Shown here: positions 26,796-40,208 of the stretch, piece after piece
How the letters are laid out: each line of letters opens with the position of its first letter
Position numbering within the stretch: the first letter of the stretch is position 1
Assembly: GCF_002571385.2 (NCBI RefSeq)
Contig: NW_019217973.1
Coordinates: forward strand, 237,131 to 301,130
DNA: 64,000 nt
From: Stylophora pistillata
Lineage: Eukaryota
Reading direction: 5' to 3'
Position numbers and translations under genes: made by a program
Notes under the pieces: generated by a model
Database searches by the model: none
What the model was told of the DNA's origin: nothing
The model's input: the letters and a program-made list of their open reading frames with translations, nothing else

Positions 26796-29700
26796 TCATC
26801 CCGAGATAAAAAACTGGGACATAAAATTCAGGACTCCAAAAACAACTATGCAAGAATGAAACACAGTACTGGTCCAAGACAGCTGTCCTCTTTGTTTCTG
26901 TATCAACATGTGCACAATACATGGCAGTGAGTAGTTGTATGCTAAGCCACTTAATGATCCCACATACCTGCGACACAGGACAAGAGTATATCATGTGAGT
27001 AATTAAAAGACTACCCCTCTGTTAAGGGGGCACTTCAGGTACCTCAAATTTCAGAAATTCTTCAACTGTATCTAACTTGTGGATTCAGAGCATTTCTTGT
27101 ATTTTAGTCTGTTAAGTTGTGTCAAGCTTTAGTTACCTGATAATGTTGCCAACATGTGGATAAACTACAGCAAATAACACACATGCCCCAATAAGTGCTA
27201 GGTTCAGGACAAACACATGTAGGAAGCTGTGAACAACAACAACACAAGTTCACTGTAAATAAAAAGACATTTAAAAGTTGTAATCACACATTCAATTTCT
27301 TCATTTGATCCTCTAACAAGCTAAGTCACCATTCCCTATGAAAAACCAGACAGCTGCAAATGCTGGTAACTAGAAATGATTTTTAAATTGCAAATTTTAG
27401 TGAAACTTGTTTTTGTATCATGCAGTTTCGAAAAGGTTCATGGTTGGCAAATTCCATAGGGCAAGGAAAAGAATAGCTTCACACCAACTCACCTTGGATA
27501 AATTTTGTCAAAGAAGTATAACATAAGTTGCACACGTATGATATAAACAATCAATGGAAACACAGTGGTAAGTTGAAACAGGAGAAAAAGCCTGGCTATA
27601 AACGTCATAATGTCTGGGGCTGGAATATTATCAAGAAGAACCTACAGGATAAAGAAAACATCATCATCACAAGAACAATCAAATATACCAGAAAAAAAAG
27701 TTCACATTGAAAAAAATTATCTGTGTTAACTTTGCATTTGCATTTCAAAGGATCATCTGATTCATGTTATTAGAAAGTTATTAATTGAATTAAACTACAG
27801 AGTATTTATTATCACTTCTTTCACTCAAGAATAAAAGACATTTTATCCAACAATGCAAATAGAGTACAAATAACACCCAAAACGAGTACAAATATCTCAC
27901 AGTATAATTATGTACTCCAGAGAAATTCATGAAATTCTCCCACACTGAAATAACAATTTGACATGTTGGATAATAAATTTCTTACTTAAACATTTTGTTG
28001 TGTAGCAGTGCTGTGTATTTTTACTCGTTGTTTGTATTTTGACTCACGGTACGGGCTCGTCAAAATGCAGCACAACTTGTTTAAAATTTACTCAGTGCTA
28101 CTACCATGAACAAAATGTTTAATAGGATATGCATATAATTATTATTGTATGACCAATTGCAACACTAGGGACTAACTGCACTGACTGATTGACAATATTT
28201 GAAACTGCACTTACTCAACATAATTTTATTCAAGAATAACCCCTTAAGGAAACCTTACCTCTTGAATACATGACTTTTCTCTGGGAAAACTTATAAAGAA
28301 AAGCAGACCAACAATTATGTACGTCAAAGCTACCAAGAAGAAAGCTATGCTAAGGTCACGTGCCTGTTAAAGAAAAGGATAATAAAAGAGGTAATTTATC
28401 TCTAATACAAGTAAAAGGCAAAAATTTTCTCAATCATAACCCAATTGCCAAATAAGCTTAATCCAAAAGTTGGAGTGCCATGAGAAACAACACAGCCCCT
28501 TCATGAGCCTTTCTAGGGTTATGAGCTTGAGGCTTTGTGACTGAATATATGGATGACAAAGTGAACAGAAACCCTAGGCCTGAATATCCAGCTATAGAAT
28601 TTGTCAACAATATCAAGTTTGAGTTCGCTGCTGGGGAATTCAACTGAAAGAATAATTTATTTACTGTAAATTCAGAAACTTGGGGTAGGATTACCCATAA
28701 CCCTTGTGAGAATTTTCAAGACCTCCAAAATTGGTTGGCAATTGAGCTAACTGCCTCCCGGTGAGCTCAATTGGTAGAGCGCCGGAGTGTTGTGCGGGAG
28801 GTCGTGAGTTCAAATCTGGCCGGACCAACACTCAGGGTCTTTAAATAACTGAGAAGAAAGTGTTGCCTTTGTAATAATATCTGCAAATGGTTAGACTTTC
28901 TAGTCTTCTCGGATAGGGATGATAAATGGAGGTCCGTCTCACAAGGCCTTGTATGTGATAAAAAAAAATTGTGGGACGTTAAAGAACCCACACACTGTTC
29001 GAAAAGAGTAGGGCACGTAGTGCCTGGTGTTGTGGTCTATCTTTGTGTAGTGTCTATCAAATTGATGGGGGGTACTGTGCCTTTGAATATTGTATAGAAA
29101 GGGTGCAATATAAATAAGGAATTCATTCATTCATTCATTCATTCATTCAATGAACAGCATGTTTTTGTTCTTTTTATACAAACAACAATACTACTTACAT
29201 TGTTTTGGGGTTTCGCCTGGTTCCTCATTATTGACAGAATGCAGTTGTGGATAAAGTAAGCCAGAGTAAGTATTCCTGTAAGAGCTGGAAAACTAGTCTT
29301 GAACACTGTAACAACCATGAAAAATAAATCTATATCACCTGTAACATACAATCATCAAAACAAGCTGTCCATGCAGCTCTAGTTAAATTAGTAATTTTCC
29401 CTAGCCATCAAGAGTTCCATTTAACTACATGACTTGTATAGTTGTCCACTCAATAAATAAATAAATAAATAATAAACATCCACCTTGAAAGATGCACAAA
29501 AGGCTAACTTGTAACACAAATTAAAGTATCCATTAGAGGTTCCCTTTCATCTTACTTGGTATGCTGTTATGTTTAAAATCCATGTGAATTCCCCATATGC
29601 TGGCTTTGGTAATGATAAAGACAATGATATAGGCAACTGATAAGGTGCCTGCATGTTATGAATTAAAACATAATAAATAGAATGTTTATGAACAACCTCA

Positions 29701-32700
29701 CTTATATATAAACCATTACTTTAAGCCTTATAAGCGGTTAGCTCAATTGGTTAGAGCACTGGACTGTTGTGCAGGAGGTCGAGGTTGATGGTTCAAGCCC
29801 TGGCCGAACCAACACTCAAGGTCTTAAAATAACTGAGGAGAATGTGCTAACTTTCTTTAATAAGAAATGGATAGACATTCTAGTCTTCTCAGATAAGGAC
29901 AAATAAACCGTAGGTCCCGTCTCCTGCATCTATTAATTAGTTAATTTGGTTAGGCAGGGGATGTTAGAGAACCCACTCACGAGATTACTGTGATGTGGTC
30001 TGGCCTGTTTACTGGGAATTGGGGGGAGGGGGCATCTTCAAATAAGTTTCCTTTGATTGTTTGTAAACTGCTGATGCAGTCTGGCCAAAGTCCCCCAAAA
30101 AGTGTTGTAATACACATTTGATCATATCCACATGTTAATTTGTGCAATATAAATATTAAATTATTAAATATTAAATTATTATTATAACAGGGAACTCACC
30201 TAAAGAGTTGAATTTAGTGAAGAATGTTGGTGACTTTACACTGCACAAAGGAAACAGGACAGCAATTAAAAAGAAAGGTACAGTGTGTTGGAGCTGCCAG
30301 AATTTGAAGAAGTTTGTTTTGTCAGCTGCGACTAAGCTGTTTGCTGAACTTGCTGATGCACTGTGGCCACCAGGGCAAAGAACTGGAAGGAAATCAAAAG
30401 AGAAATCTGCAACTTGCCTTAAAATACAGGCTGCTGTTCAGTTATAATTTAGTAGAGATTGAAACAAAGAAATCAATGACCAAGGCAATTGACCATAAAA
30501 ATACAATTTCCAAATGGACAAATTAAAAAAATAAGAATGGATGAAAAATGGATAAAAGGGTTAATGAATGATTGTGTAAATTGAGGAATGAATAAATGAA
30601 TAGGTGAACAAATGAATAAGCGTCAGACAGACTGTTCTACCAAATGGAAGAAATATAAATGTGCTGTTGCAAAAAGATGGTGCTGAACCTGAAAAGATGA
30701 AACACCAAAATATGGGTATCTGAAAAGGAGTAATTTGTCATAAATAATGTGTTCACAGCACACATTTATTTAGAATATTTCTAATATTAAAAAGCAAATA
30801 GCTCTCTTGGATGAATTTATTCTTTGACTAAAAATACCTTCTAAGTGACTTGGGAAGCTTCCATTTGTAATATTTGTGGAAGTGGGAACTGAATAGGCAT
30901 GATGGACAGTCTCTGTAACACAAATGAATACTTTGTTTAATAATTCTGTTATTAATGGTTATAATAAAATATTCAATAATAAATATCATAATGTAGAGAG
31001 CAGTAATAAAAGAAATGTTAAAACAGGATAAGAATACAAATTAGAAGATTGCTTTGGCAAAGAGATTCCATAAGCCTTGAAAAATAATTAAAAATTAAAA
31101 AAAAGATGAAATATTAAAAAAATGTAAGCTTTACTCACTAGCTATTGATCTGATTAGACTAAGGAGAGTAATGTTTATGATCGCTCCCCCTTCTAATAAA
31201 TGAAAATTCAGACCTGATTTGGTGTTCTCATATAGTTACTTAAACAAAATGGTATACAGCAGATACCTTCTGGGGGCTAATGCAGACAATAATAGTATTA
31301 CAATTATTAATTTTTCCCTTTCTTGAAGACCAAACCATATCTAAATCAAGTTCATACAAAAGAAGATAGCTACCATGAATGTACTTTCCAGAATAGTACA
31401 GGAAACTGCTCATTAGAACCCAAAAGACTATGGCACCTCCAGCATTAGCAGCCACAGAAAACAGGATTGCAATAAACTCTCCAGGCTTGCCAAGGTATTT
31501 CTTACAGATATCAGAAAATTCTAGGACATCACCTTGCCTTGCTATGGGAACAGAAAATTGAAAAATAAACCAATTAACCAGGAGCCTGGGCCCATCTGGA
31601 GCAGTCAAGGATCTACGTCTCATGAAGAGCAAAGTTAAGGCCTATAATTAATTTACATCACCAAAATTTACAATCCGTCACAAGTAAAGTTACTTATGCA
31701 TAAACAAGTTTAGTTTTGTAAATTATAATCAATAACATAACAATCGTGCAAATTTAAAAAACCTCACCAACCTGTTTCTTCTGCACATCTTATTATCAAG
31801 TAACAGCTATAAAGACAAAGCCCTGCCATGACAACCAACAGGACAATAGCAAGAGCAAAACCTGCCTAGAAAAAATTAAAATTTACGAGACATCCATTGT
31901 TAACTTACAGTGTATTTACTAGCTAATATTCTTTATTCATTTTGTTTGTAGACACGTGTACATAGATCTAATTAAACCTGGTCTTAAATTCTATTCTACT
32001 GGAATATAAAATCCTCTATTAATCAGGATTATAGTATGTAAGACGCAGAGGTTTTGGCTTTGAAACAGCTTTTATTGGCACATAAAAGAAACACGGCTAA
32101 CCGCACATGCTTAGCAAAACAAAGACCCGATGTCTCGTACGTGCAAAGTTCATATACGTCAAACGGTGTCCGATGTCAGCATGTGGCTGCATGGCGTGAC
32201 ATAACGTTATGTCACGCCATTCGATAATCATGTCTATAAACAAAACTTTAAGCACAAATTGTCACATAGTATAGGACCACTTCGGATAAACCTAATCATT
32301 ATCTCAGTCTTTGACATAGAAAGATCTCTTAAGACCAACTCTTTACTTTTAATTGATTCACAAACCTGATCAATTGCCCATGGTATACTTAGCAGTGAGG
32401 TTCCCATCATGGTGTTCCAAATTGAAAAACTGGAAAAAGTTCCAAAAAAAAAAAAAAGCACCATCAAGATAATCAGATCAATTCCTTCCTGGCAACTGTG
32501 ATTATATATTGAATTCAGTGCCGTTATCAGTAGATTACGATAACATTCAAAGGTTGTCAACACTTAGCTTATGTTGGTGGAAGTAACAAATTAAATGCTA
32601 ATGGAGAAAAAGCTGAAGAACACAAGGAAATATAATCTACCTGCCCCTCTTACCCAGTTCCCTGCAGTAAAGCAAACTAGAGAACTGCCAGTTGTCTTGG

Positions 32701-35700
32701 AGAGCATGCCAGCCCTTTGCAGCAACCCCACCTCACCTCCAAAACTTTTGGCAAGTCTCCCTTACAGATCACTAGTATTAACTGGCTTATGAGGGGTACA
32801 TTATCATCATGAGAATGATTTACCATTTGATAGGTACACACATGCTTATCCAGAGTGACATATCAGATTTAGGTTAACTTTATAATATAGTGCATTTAAC
32901 ATTCTAAATCAAATACTTATTAATCACAATTTTACTTACATTGTGACAAGACTGCTTTGTTTTTCATCTGATTCTTTTGGAATGACAAGAAATAAATGAG
33001 GTGGAAGTATATGTCTTGGAATAATCTAAAAGAGAACAAAGACAAATTAGTAGTGATAGAAATTGGCCAGATATGAGTGACAAAAAGCCTTCAATAGGGA
33101 ATTAAGGTCAAGTTGTATTGGTGGATTCTTTCATTCTTGCACAATATTTCTTGGATGTTTTAGAAGAGAAGGGATACTTCAGATCAGAGTGACTTTGCAT
33201 TCCATTCTTCTGATCCTGCTCATCCAAAATGAAAAAAAGCTGTATAAAAGATTCTCTCTAAAAAATCTTAAAGTGTCCATTAGAATTTTATAAATACTGT
33301 AAATAAAATAAAAAAAAATTCATTGTACCCATACCAATTAAACAAAAATGAAAACTCATTTTTACAATTGTACAGTTACAAAAACTAGTAAGTAAATGAG
33401 CATTGCACTCTCCTTACCACATTGTGTCTAGATAGTCTGGATATGTATCTGTAGCGGTTGAACTTAGCAGCTATGTCCACATCATGAGGTGTAACAATGG
33501 AATTTTTAAGTGTGTTATAATGGAAGGGCTTCCTTTTTGCAAAGTTGTTTGACTCACTATTCATGTGTGAACTGTCATATGTGGAACTACCATCATATTG
33601 GCCCCTAGACAGGCAATAAAAAAAGATATATATATATAAAAACATTTGATCAATGCCAGCATTTAAGCAATTGTGCACCCATCCCTCCCCTGACTATTGT
33701 TGGGTTAGGGGAGGGGAGGGGAGGGGTGGTGTGCAGTAACTGGCATACTGACATTAATCCAAAACATCCACATTCATACCTTTATGTTGAAAAACTGACA
33801 TGTCCCCAAACTTTACTAAACAAGAAGCCTAAAATAGTCTTAAAGTCAATAAGCTAAGGAAGAAATAGCGGGATTTTAAAGTATTTAAAATTGTGAACAA
33901 CAACAAAATCCACGAATCTCTATTACAGACGAATATCAAGTGGATGTTTAATCCCCTATATGGGTCACATTACAGAGGTGTTTGGGAGTGATGTATTCAC
34001 ACTACACACAAGATTCCTCAGGCATTGCTTCAAACGCAGACCACCGATGATGAAAGCCTAGCCAGTCTTTTCTGTGAAGTAGAAAGTATCTTGAATGGCT
34101 TCCTGATCACCACAGTTTCAAGCAATTCACAAGACCCAGTGCCTTGAACACCTAACCATTATTTTGCTTCTTTTGCAATCAGAACCTCAGATACCCCCTG
34201 GATTATTGCAAAAGGAGGATTCTCTGTTGTGATGCAGGTGAAGACAAGTGCAATATCTTGCCAATATTTTTTGGAAACAATGGTCTAGAGAATATTGCTC
34301 CAGAGCAGACAGAAATGGACTTTGCCCTGCAGAAATCTATCCATTGGAGATACTGTCCTTTTCAGCACAGAAAATTCACCCCACAACACGTGACCTCTTA
34401 GTAGGGTTGTTGAAGTTCTCCCCAACAAGAAAGGTTTGGTTTGATGTGTCAAGGTGAAAGGAAAGGTAACTGTTGTGGAGAGACCACTTGATAAGCTTTG
34501 CCTGCTTTTGAAGGTTTGAGCTTTCCCACCAAAATGGCTTTTGTCTATCTCACGATTGCATTTGATTGAGGACTCTTAAAAGAGACACTTAAAAGTAATC
34601 CAATTATAACATAAGTGTCCTGCATGCACTCCACACTAAGGGGCTGGTATGTCATTTCTAAGTGCGACTTTTGTTGTTGTTGTTGTTGTTGTTTTCTTTG
34701 TGTGTTTGGAGTCCATTCATTTCAGTCTTTTCAGTTCACTAGGCAGCACTTTAATTTGTAAATTCGTTGCCCCCTTATGTTGCTCTGTGCTACCTGCATA
34801 ATTTATCATGTAATATAACAGTTACTGTGTTTTTGTTGTCACTAAGTGCAGTCTAGTAATGTTTCTGTGGCCGTAACAATGTATCTATCTTATAGTCCTC
34901 TTTCCGTCTTGTTGTTTGTTATTTCTTTAGGTTGTATATTGCGTAACTATTGTAACTGTTTCTTATTTTCTTAAGTTTCAACCTCAGTCAGTTAAACAGC
35001 ATTCAAGAATATTATGTTTATATGAAAGACGCGCAGTTTTCAATTCCCAGCCACAGATTTCACATAAGTGCAGTTTCAGTAGGTGTGTAATATTTTTAAA
35101 GAGGTAACAAATATTTTTCCCCTCCTCTATTTTATCACCCCTACCTCAAAGTTCAGCTAACCCCCCTTTATCCACTAGAATCAACTGATAATCTTATTAC
35201 GGACGTTGAACACTTATATCAAGGATGCATCTAACATTTAGATTAACATTATTCAGCTGATCACTGTTGCAATATCATCAATGAAAACCAAAATTACAAA
35301 ACAATCGTTCCATTTTCAAGTTTTCAAGTAAGAGAGCTGTGTTCTACAAATGAGTTTCGATAAAAAAGGAGACTAATACACCTTTTGCTGGTCATTACGA
35401 GAAAATACGCATTCATTTGCGTTAAAAGGCAAACAATTGTGTGAAAATACAATCATTAGAGACAAAAAACCGTCATTTGCACATAAACAAGATTCAATAA
35501 TGATTTTTGCATTTTAATCAGCATTCAATAACAATTTTGGGCAATCTTACGCGTCATTTGTCAAATAAAAGAGAAAAAGATACTTTCATTTGTGTTAACA
35601 TTCAAGTCATTTACACCATCTTGAAAGTCAATAAAGACAATACACAAACAATATAGCGCATGAACCATTCCTTAACATTTTTATCACACTGTTTGCAATT

Positions 35701-37971
35701 CAATAGCATTACTGGATGGCATTAGTATGAATAAGACAATTATTAATGCAGTTGTACAAACAATTCAGTGTTTTTCATATTCAATATGCAAGTAGTGATT
35801 TTCAACTGAATGCTGACTTTGCATGAATTTACATTCAGTAGAGTTCATCTGGTTAATTCGCTTTGGAGAAACTAAATACTACTCTACCACAGAGAGAGAA
35901 TTGTGAGAGGATTAGAGGATGAGGAGGAAAATTATCTTGTGGTTGCGGACTCGCTCAGAGTGAACGATCAACAGCAAGAGGTATTGTGGCATGCTACAGC
36001 AGGATCCAGGAGAGATTACGAGGAGGTAGAAACAAGGTGCACGTGGATGATAAGTTGAGAGATTGCCTAGAGGAAATCATCGACGAAAACTGTATACTAA
36101 CATTTGCTTGGATAAACTACCACTCAAACCTGAGATCCATGACCGCACCATGGCAAGGACATTAGACAGTATGCTCTTCTGAGTGAAACTTGTGAGGCCC
36201 CTTCCTGCTGACAGAAACAGACGATGTGTTAAACAAGCAAGTAGATAACGCCACTTGGTTTAGGAACCATGCCGTAATGCGCCACTGTGTGTTTGTTGAC
36301 GAATGCAGCTGCAACATCTGGACGGCCAGAAGCCACCGTAAAGCACAACAGTGAGAGAGGGTTTACCATCAAGTGTGCATCTGGCATGAATGAAACTTGA
36401 CCGTGACCGTGGCGATTCCACCTATCAATGGACTCATGTTTTCTTCAGCAGCTGTTGGTGGAATGAATGCTGCGTGTTTCAATAACTTCTTGGCACAGGT
36501 GAGGACAAGTCTAGATTCCGATGAGGAGGTGATACTTGTGTATGATGAAGCACTGGCCCACCGAAACTGGTCATTCCCGCCCCAAACATAGAGCTTAAAA
36601 TGCCTCCTCCCTACAGTTGTTTCCTAAACATCATGGAGCAGGCAATAAGCTGTTTGAAAAAGGCATCAAGCTGACATCTCACTTTCGGAAATTCAAGGAC
36701 GCATGGATAACAGAGATGAGGCTAGAGCCAGGGGAATCCCAGAGGGGGAGTTTCGAACACAGCAACTGCTCGAAGCTCTGCACAGAAACATCGACACTGT
36801 GACTGTGGCTAAAAGTGCGCAGTGCTACCGCTTTATGCAGCCCTATCTGCCAAAATGTTTGAATAGAGAGATTAATGAAAGGGTAAACTGAAATTCAAAA
36901 CAAAATGATTTTGGAATAGGTATCTTCAATTGAACTTCGATGTGTGAATATTGAAAACAAAAAACGCTCAATTGTTTGCCAAGCACATAAATGATTGTCT
37001 TATTCCTACTAATGCTGTCTAGGAATGCTATTGAATTGCAAACAGTGTAATAAAAATGTAAATGAATGCTACATGCACTTTATTACAAAACTCGGGCAGT
37101 CAGAGGGCCAATAACTAAAATCAACCAATCAAAATGCTCTATTGCAGGTCAATATTCTCTCAGTATTGGACCGGGCACTGTCCCAAATGGTCCCGAATGA
37201 TACGGCACTTGTGTCCCCCTTTGAACTTCAGTCGTATAATAAATCTCTTATTAACCAAGCTTGCTTGGGACCATACTGGAAGAATATTGGCCCTTGGTCT
37301 TTTTTGTACGGACCTCGCTGCACTCGGTCTGTACTGTCAGACCTTGGGTCGACATTCTCCCAGTATGGCCCTCGCGCTTGGTTAATAAGATATATATACT
37401 GTTTGTTTATTGTCTCTATTGACTCTCAAGAAGGTGTAAATGACTTGAAGGTTACTGCAAGTGAGCGTGTATTTTTCTCTTTTGCTTGACGAATCACTCA
37501 TAAGAATGGCCAAAATTGTCATTGAATGCTGATTAAAATGCAAAAATCGTTATTGAATCTTGTTTACGCGCAAATGACGGTTTTTTGTCTTTAATGATTG
37601 TATTTTCACGCAATGGTTCGCCTTTTAATGCAAATGAATGCTTATTATCTCGTAATGAACAGCAAAAGGTTCATTCATATTCATACTTCTTTCGTAGGAA
37701 AGATTTCCATATAACCCCATATAATAATATGCAGTCCATTTCATAAATACTTAATAGAAAGGTTTCTTTGCTACACTCTGTGCATAATTAATGTATAGGG
37801 TTATGTGGAAATCTTGCCCTTTTAATTCAAGGTATGCTGTGCATACCTTGAACTAGTTGAAGCACTGGACCTGTCGTTGATCCCATTGCCTTGGTCGCCT
37901 TGGACAGAAAGGAGGGGAGATTTTTCGTCGACGACTTTTTCTCCAGCATCATCTGAGCACCTTCCTTCCAT
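26796..37971 (-). CDS. SLC38A9: SLC38A9-like lysosomal amino acid transporter, copy B; exons 37971-37847, 33604-33418, 33025-32940, 32429-32366, 31865-31772, 31541-31374, 30912-30838, 30382-30200, 29648-29556, 29305-29199, 28363-28259, 27641-27493, 27226-27137, 26967-26796
   Basis: MEGRCSDDAGEKVVDEKSPLL..., KRKPFHYN...RYRYISRL, IPRHILPP...[23 protein letters not shown] (SLC38A9 TM1 signature), AIVFWVLMS, FPALTGILTLAYFIHNCI, ...MSQFFISG-stop. All 14 exons have GT-AG boundaries and stay in frame. Confidence 0.92.
27860..28130 (+). mobile_element. Hairpin-terminated interspersed repeat, same family as 55540-55800
   Basis: GAGTACAAATAACACC...GAGTACAAATATC...CACTGAAATAACAATTTG...GGATAATAAAT followed by an imperfect palindrome; clearly homologous to 55540-55800. 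Confidence 0.7.
28750..29149 (+). mobile_element. tRNA-derived SINE (family A) with (ATTC)n tail
   Basis: AGCTCAATTGGTAGAGCG...GAGTTCAAATC head, shared core, a GACGTTAAAGAACCC...GAAAAGAGTAGGG block (resembles the Deu/Nin-type conserved SINE domain, from memory), and an (ATTC)n tail. Confidence 0.85.
29735..30185 (+). mobile_element. tRNA-derived SINE (family A) with (TAAATAT)-type tail
   Basis: GGTTAGCTCAATTGGTTAGAGC...GGTTCAAGCCC head, and core GGTCTTAAAATAACTGAGGAGAA...CTAGTCTTCTC...GGTCCCGTCTCCTGCA. Confidence 0.8.
32191..32220. repeat. Perfect 30-bp palindrome
   Basis: ATGGCGTGACATAAC|GTTATGTCACGCCAT. Confidence 0.85.
33930..34878 (+). mobile_element. Decayed BEL/Pao LTR retrotransposon 3' fragment (integrase C-terminus, PPT, putative 3' LTR at 34650-34878)
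   Basis: Frameshifted translation includes KWMFNP, LFCEVESILNG, TPNHYF, VQYLANIFWKQWSREY, RVVEVLP and VERPLDKLCLL (DUF5641-type region). Purine-rich AAGGGGCTGG is followed by TGT...ACA. Confidence 0.75.
35379..37670 (+). mobile_element. Decayed IS630/Tc1/mariner-superfamily DNA transposon with long (about 400 bp) TIRs
   Basis: 35379-35800 is an inverted match to 36900-37080 plus 37395-37670. Internal pseudogene motifs are CVFVDECSCNIWT, LVYDEALAHR and PPYSCFLNIMEQ. TA precedes the left end. Confidence 0.8.
37081..37397 (+). mobile_element. Hairpin-terminated repeat inserted into the right TIR of the Tc1/mariner-like element
   Basis: Interrupts the TIR alignment. Ends in the palindrome TCTTATTAACCAAGC...CCATACTGGAAGAAT / ATTCTCCCAGTATGG...GCTTGGTTAATAAGA. 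Confidence 0.7.
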
Positions 37972-38269
37972 ATCTAATTTCAGCTGTCATGTATCGTCTA
38001 TCTTATTTACAAGACTAAACTATTTTAAACCCTTCATCTTCGTGAAGTCACGTCGCCAAAGTTTTTTTTTTGGATTATAATGTAATGCGGGGGACTCGGT
38101 CGAGCTTCATGCCTGACTGCTTGCTAACAACTTCCGGTGTGTAGCCCTCCCTTTTACCTATGAGTAACCGTAGGTAGGTCATGTATGGGGGAATTATTAT
38201 GTCCCTAATAAATATTATGTCCTATACTTTACATTTTTATAATACCCTAACATTACATACAACATACAG

Positions 38270-38672
38270 GGCTATATAAACCTATACAGGGCTTTACACG
38301 GTGTCCTAATATTGCGCAGAATATTCTAGACGCACACATACAGGGCTATATACATGCACACGATATTCTGCACACACACATAAAGGGCTATACACAGCTA
38401 TACCGGGCTATACACAGCTATATAAGGCTATACACAGCTATACAGGGCTATACACAGTTATGCAGGGCTATACAAAGCTATACAGGGCTCTACACAGCTA
38501 TACACAACTGTACACTGCTATACAGGGCTATACACAGCTACACTGGGCTATACACAGCTACACTGGGCTATACATAGCTATACACAGCTATATGAGGCTA
38601 TACACAGCTATACACTGCTAGACACGGCTATACACAGCTTTACAGGACTATACACAGCTATGGAGAGCTATA
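38270..38672. repeat. Minisatellite (10/20-bp units GGGCTATACA / CAGCTATACA)
   Basis: Directly visible degenerate tandem array upstream of SLC38A9 copy B. Confidence 0.9.
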
Positions 38673-40208
38673 CACATGGCCAGAAATCCGTGACAGTCAG
38701 CGGTTTGGAACGGGAGCTCATGTATGCGAAAAAACTTCCTTCGGATAGTCACGCAACAACAAGTTATTTTCTTGTACAGTTTCGTGCCATTCTTTTAAAA
38801 GAGGATAGGGAATTTCCAAGGTTGAAAGCACTCTTTTCTCTTTTTCCCTCGCTTCATATCTTAGTTCTGGTTGGGTGAATATGATTGCGTCTTAGGTAAA
38901 ACGCGAGCAACATTGACTAAATTCGTCAATCATTTTACTTGCAAATTTTCAGCACGATTGTGTAACGCAATTGAATAATTTTATTAAAGGCAAGGTTACA
39001 AAGTTCGAGAAAAGTATTTTGTGATTCAAGATGGAGGATAAATGAACTAGAAACTACCGTTTCCGGCCGACTAAAAACATGGCGTTTACTCGTAATTTTC
39101 CTCGGGCTTTAAAAATGACGTCACATTAAGGATTCCTCAGCAGTATTTTGGCTGGTTTTCCACCAAGTTTGGAATCGATTTAGTGGCTTCAATGGCTCCT
39201 AATTTTGCACTATAAATGAAGTTCAGCATGTCAACAAAACAGTTCGATCTGGAAGAATGTTTCTGCGTACCTGCGAAGTGGGTTCTGTCCTCGTGTACCG
39301 GTTCACAAGAGCCAATACAAAAGACCAAACAATACACAATAGCTAACCAATAACTCCTAAACAAAGAAAGAACAATGGTGATTCCCTTGTGAACCGGTAC
39401 ACCAGGACAGAACCNNNNNNNNNNNNNNNNNNNNNNNNNNNNNNNNNNNNNNNNNNNNNNNNNNNNNNNNNNNNNNNNNNNNNNNNNNNNNNNNNNNNNN
39501 NNNNNNNNNNNNNNNNNNNNNNNNNNNNNNNNNNNNNNNNNNNNNNNNNNNNNNNNNNNNNNNNNNNNNNNNNNNNNNNNNNNNNNNNNNNNNNNNNNNN
39601 NNNNNNNNNNNNNNNNNNNNNNNNNNNNNNNNNNNNNNNNNNNNNNNNNNNNNNNNNNNNNNNNNNNNNNNNNNNNNNNNNNNNNNNNNNNNNNNNNNNN
39701 NNNNNNNNNNNNNNNNNNNNNNNNNNNNNNNNNNNNNNNNNNNNNNNNNNNNNNNNNNNNNNNNNNNNNNNNNNNNNNNNNNNNNNNNNNNNNNNNNNNN
39801 NNNNNNNNNNNNNNNNNNNNNNNNNNNNNNNNNNNNNNNNNNNNNNNNNNNNNNNNNNNNNNNNNNNNNNNNNNNNNNNNNNNNNNNNNNNNNNNNNNNN
39901 NNNNNNNNNNNNNNNNNNNNNNNNNNNNNNNNNNNNNNNNNNNNNNNNNNNNNNNNNNNNNNNNNNNNNNNNNNNNNNNNNNNNNNNNNNNNNNNNNNNN
40001 NNNNNNNNNNNNNNNNNNNNNNNNNNNNNNNNNNNNNNNNNNNNNNNNNNNNNNNNNNNNNNNNNNNNNNNNNNNNNNNNNNNNNNNNNNNNNNNNNNNN
40101 NNNNNNNNNNNNNNNNNNNNNNNNNNNNNNNNNNNNNNNNNNNNNNNNNNNNNNNNNNNNNNNNNNNNNNNNNNNNNNNNNNNNNNNNNNNNNNNNNNNN
40201 NNNNNNNN

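Noticed and set aside
15974-37971. SLC38A9 copies as uncollapsed haplotypes
   Set aside because: Exons are substantially diverged, some differ in length, and the introns and their insertions show no evident similarity.
38270-38672. CRISPR array or coding repeat
   Set aside because: Degenerate 10/20-bp minisatellite without unique spacers.
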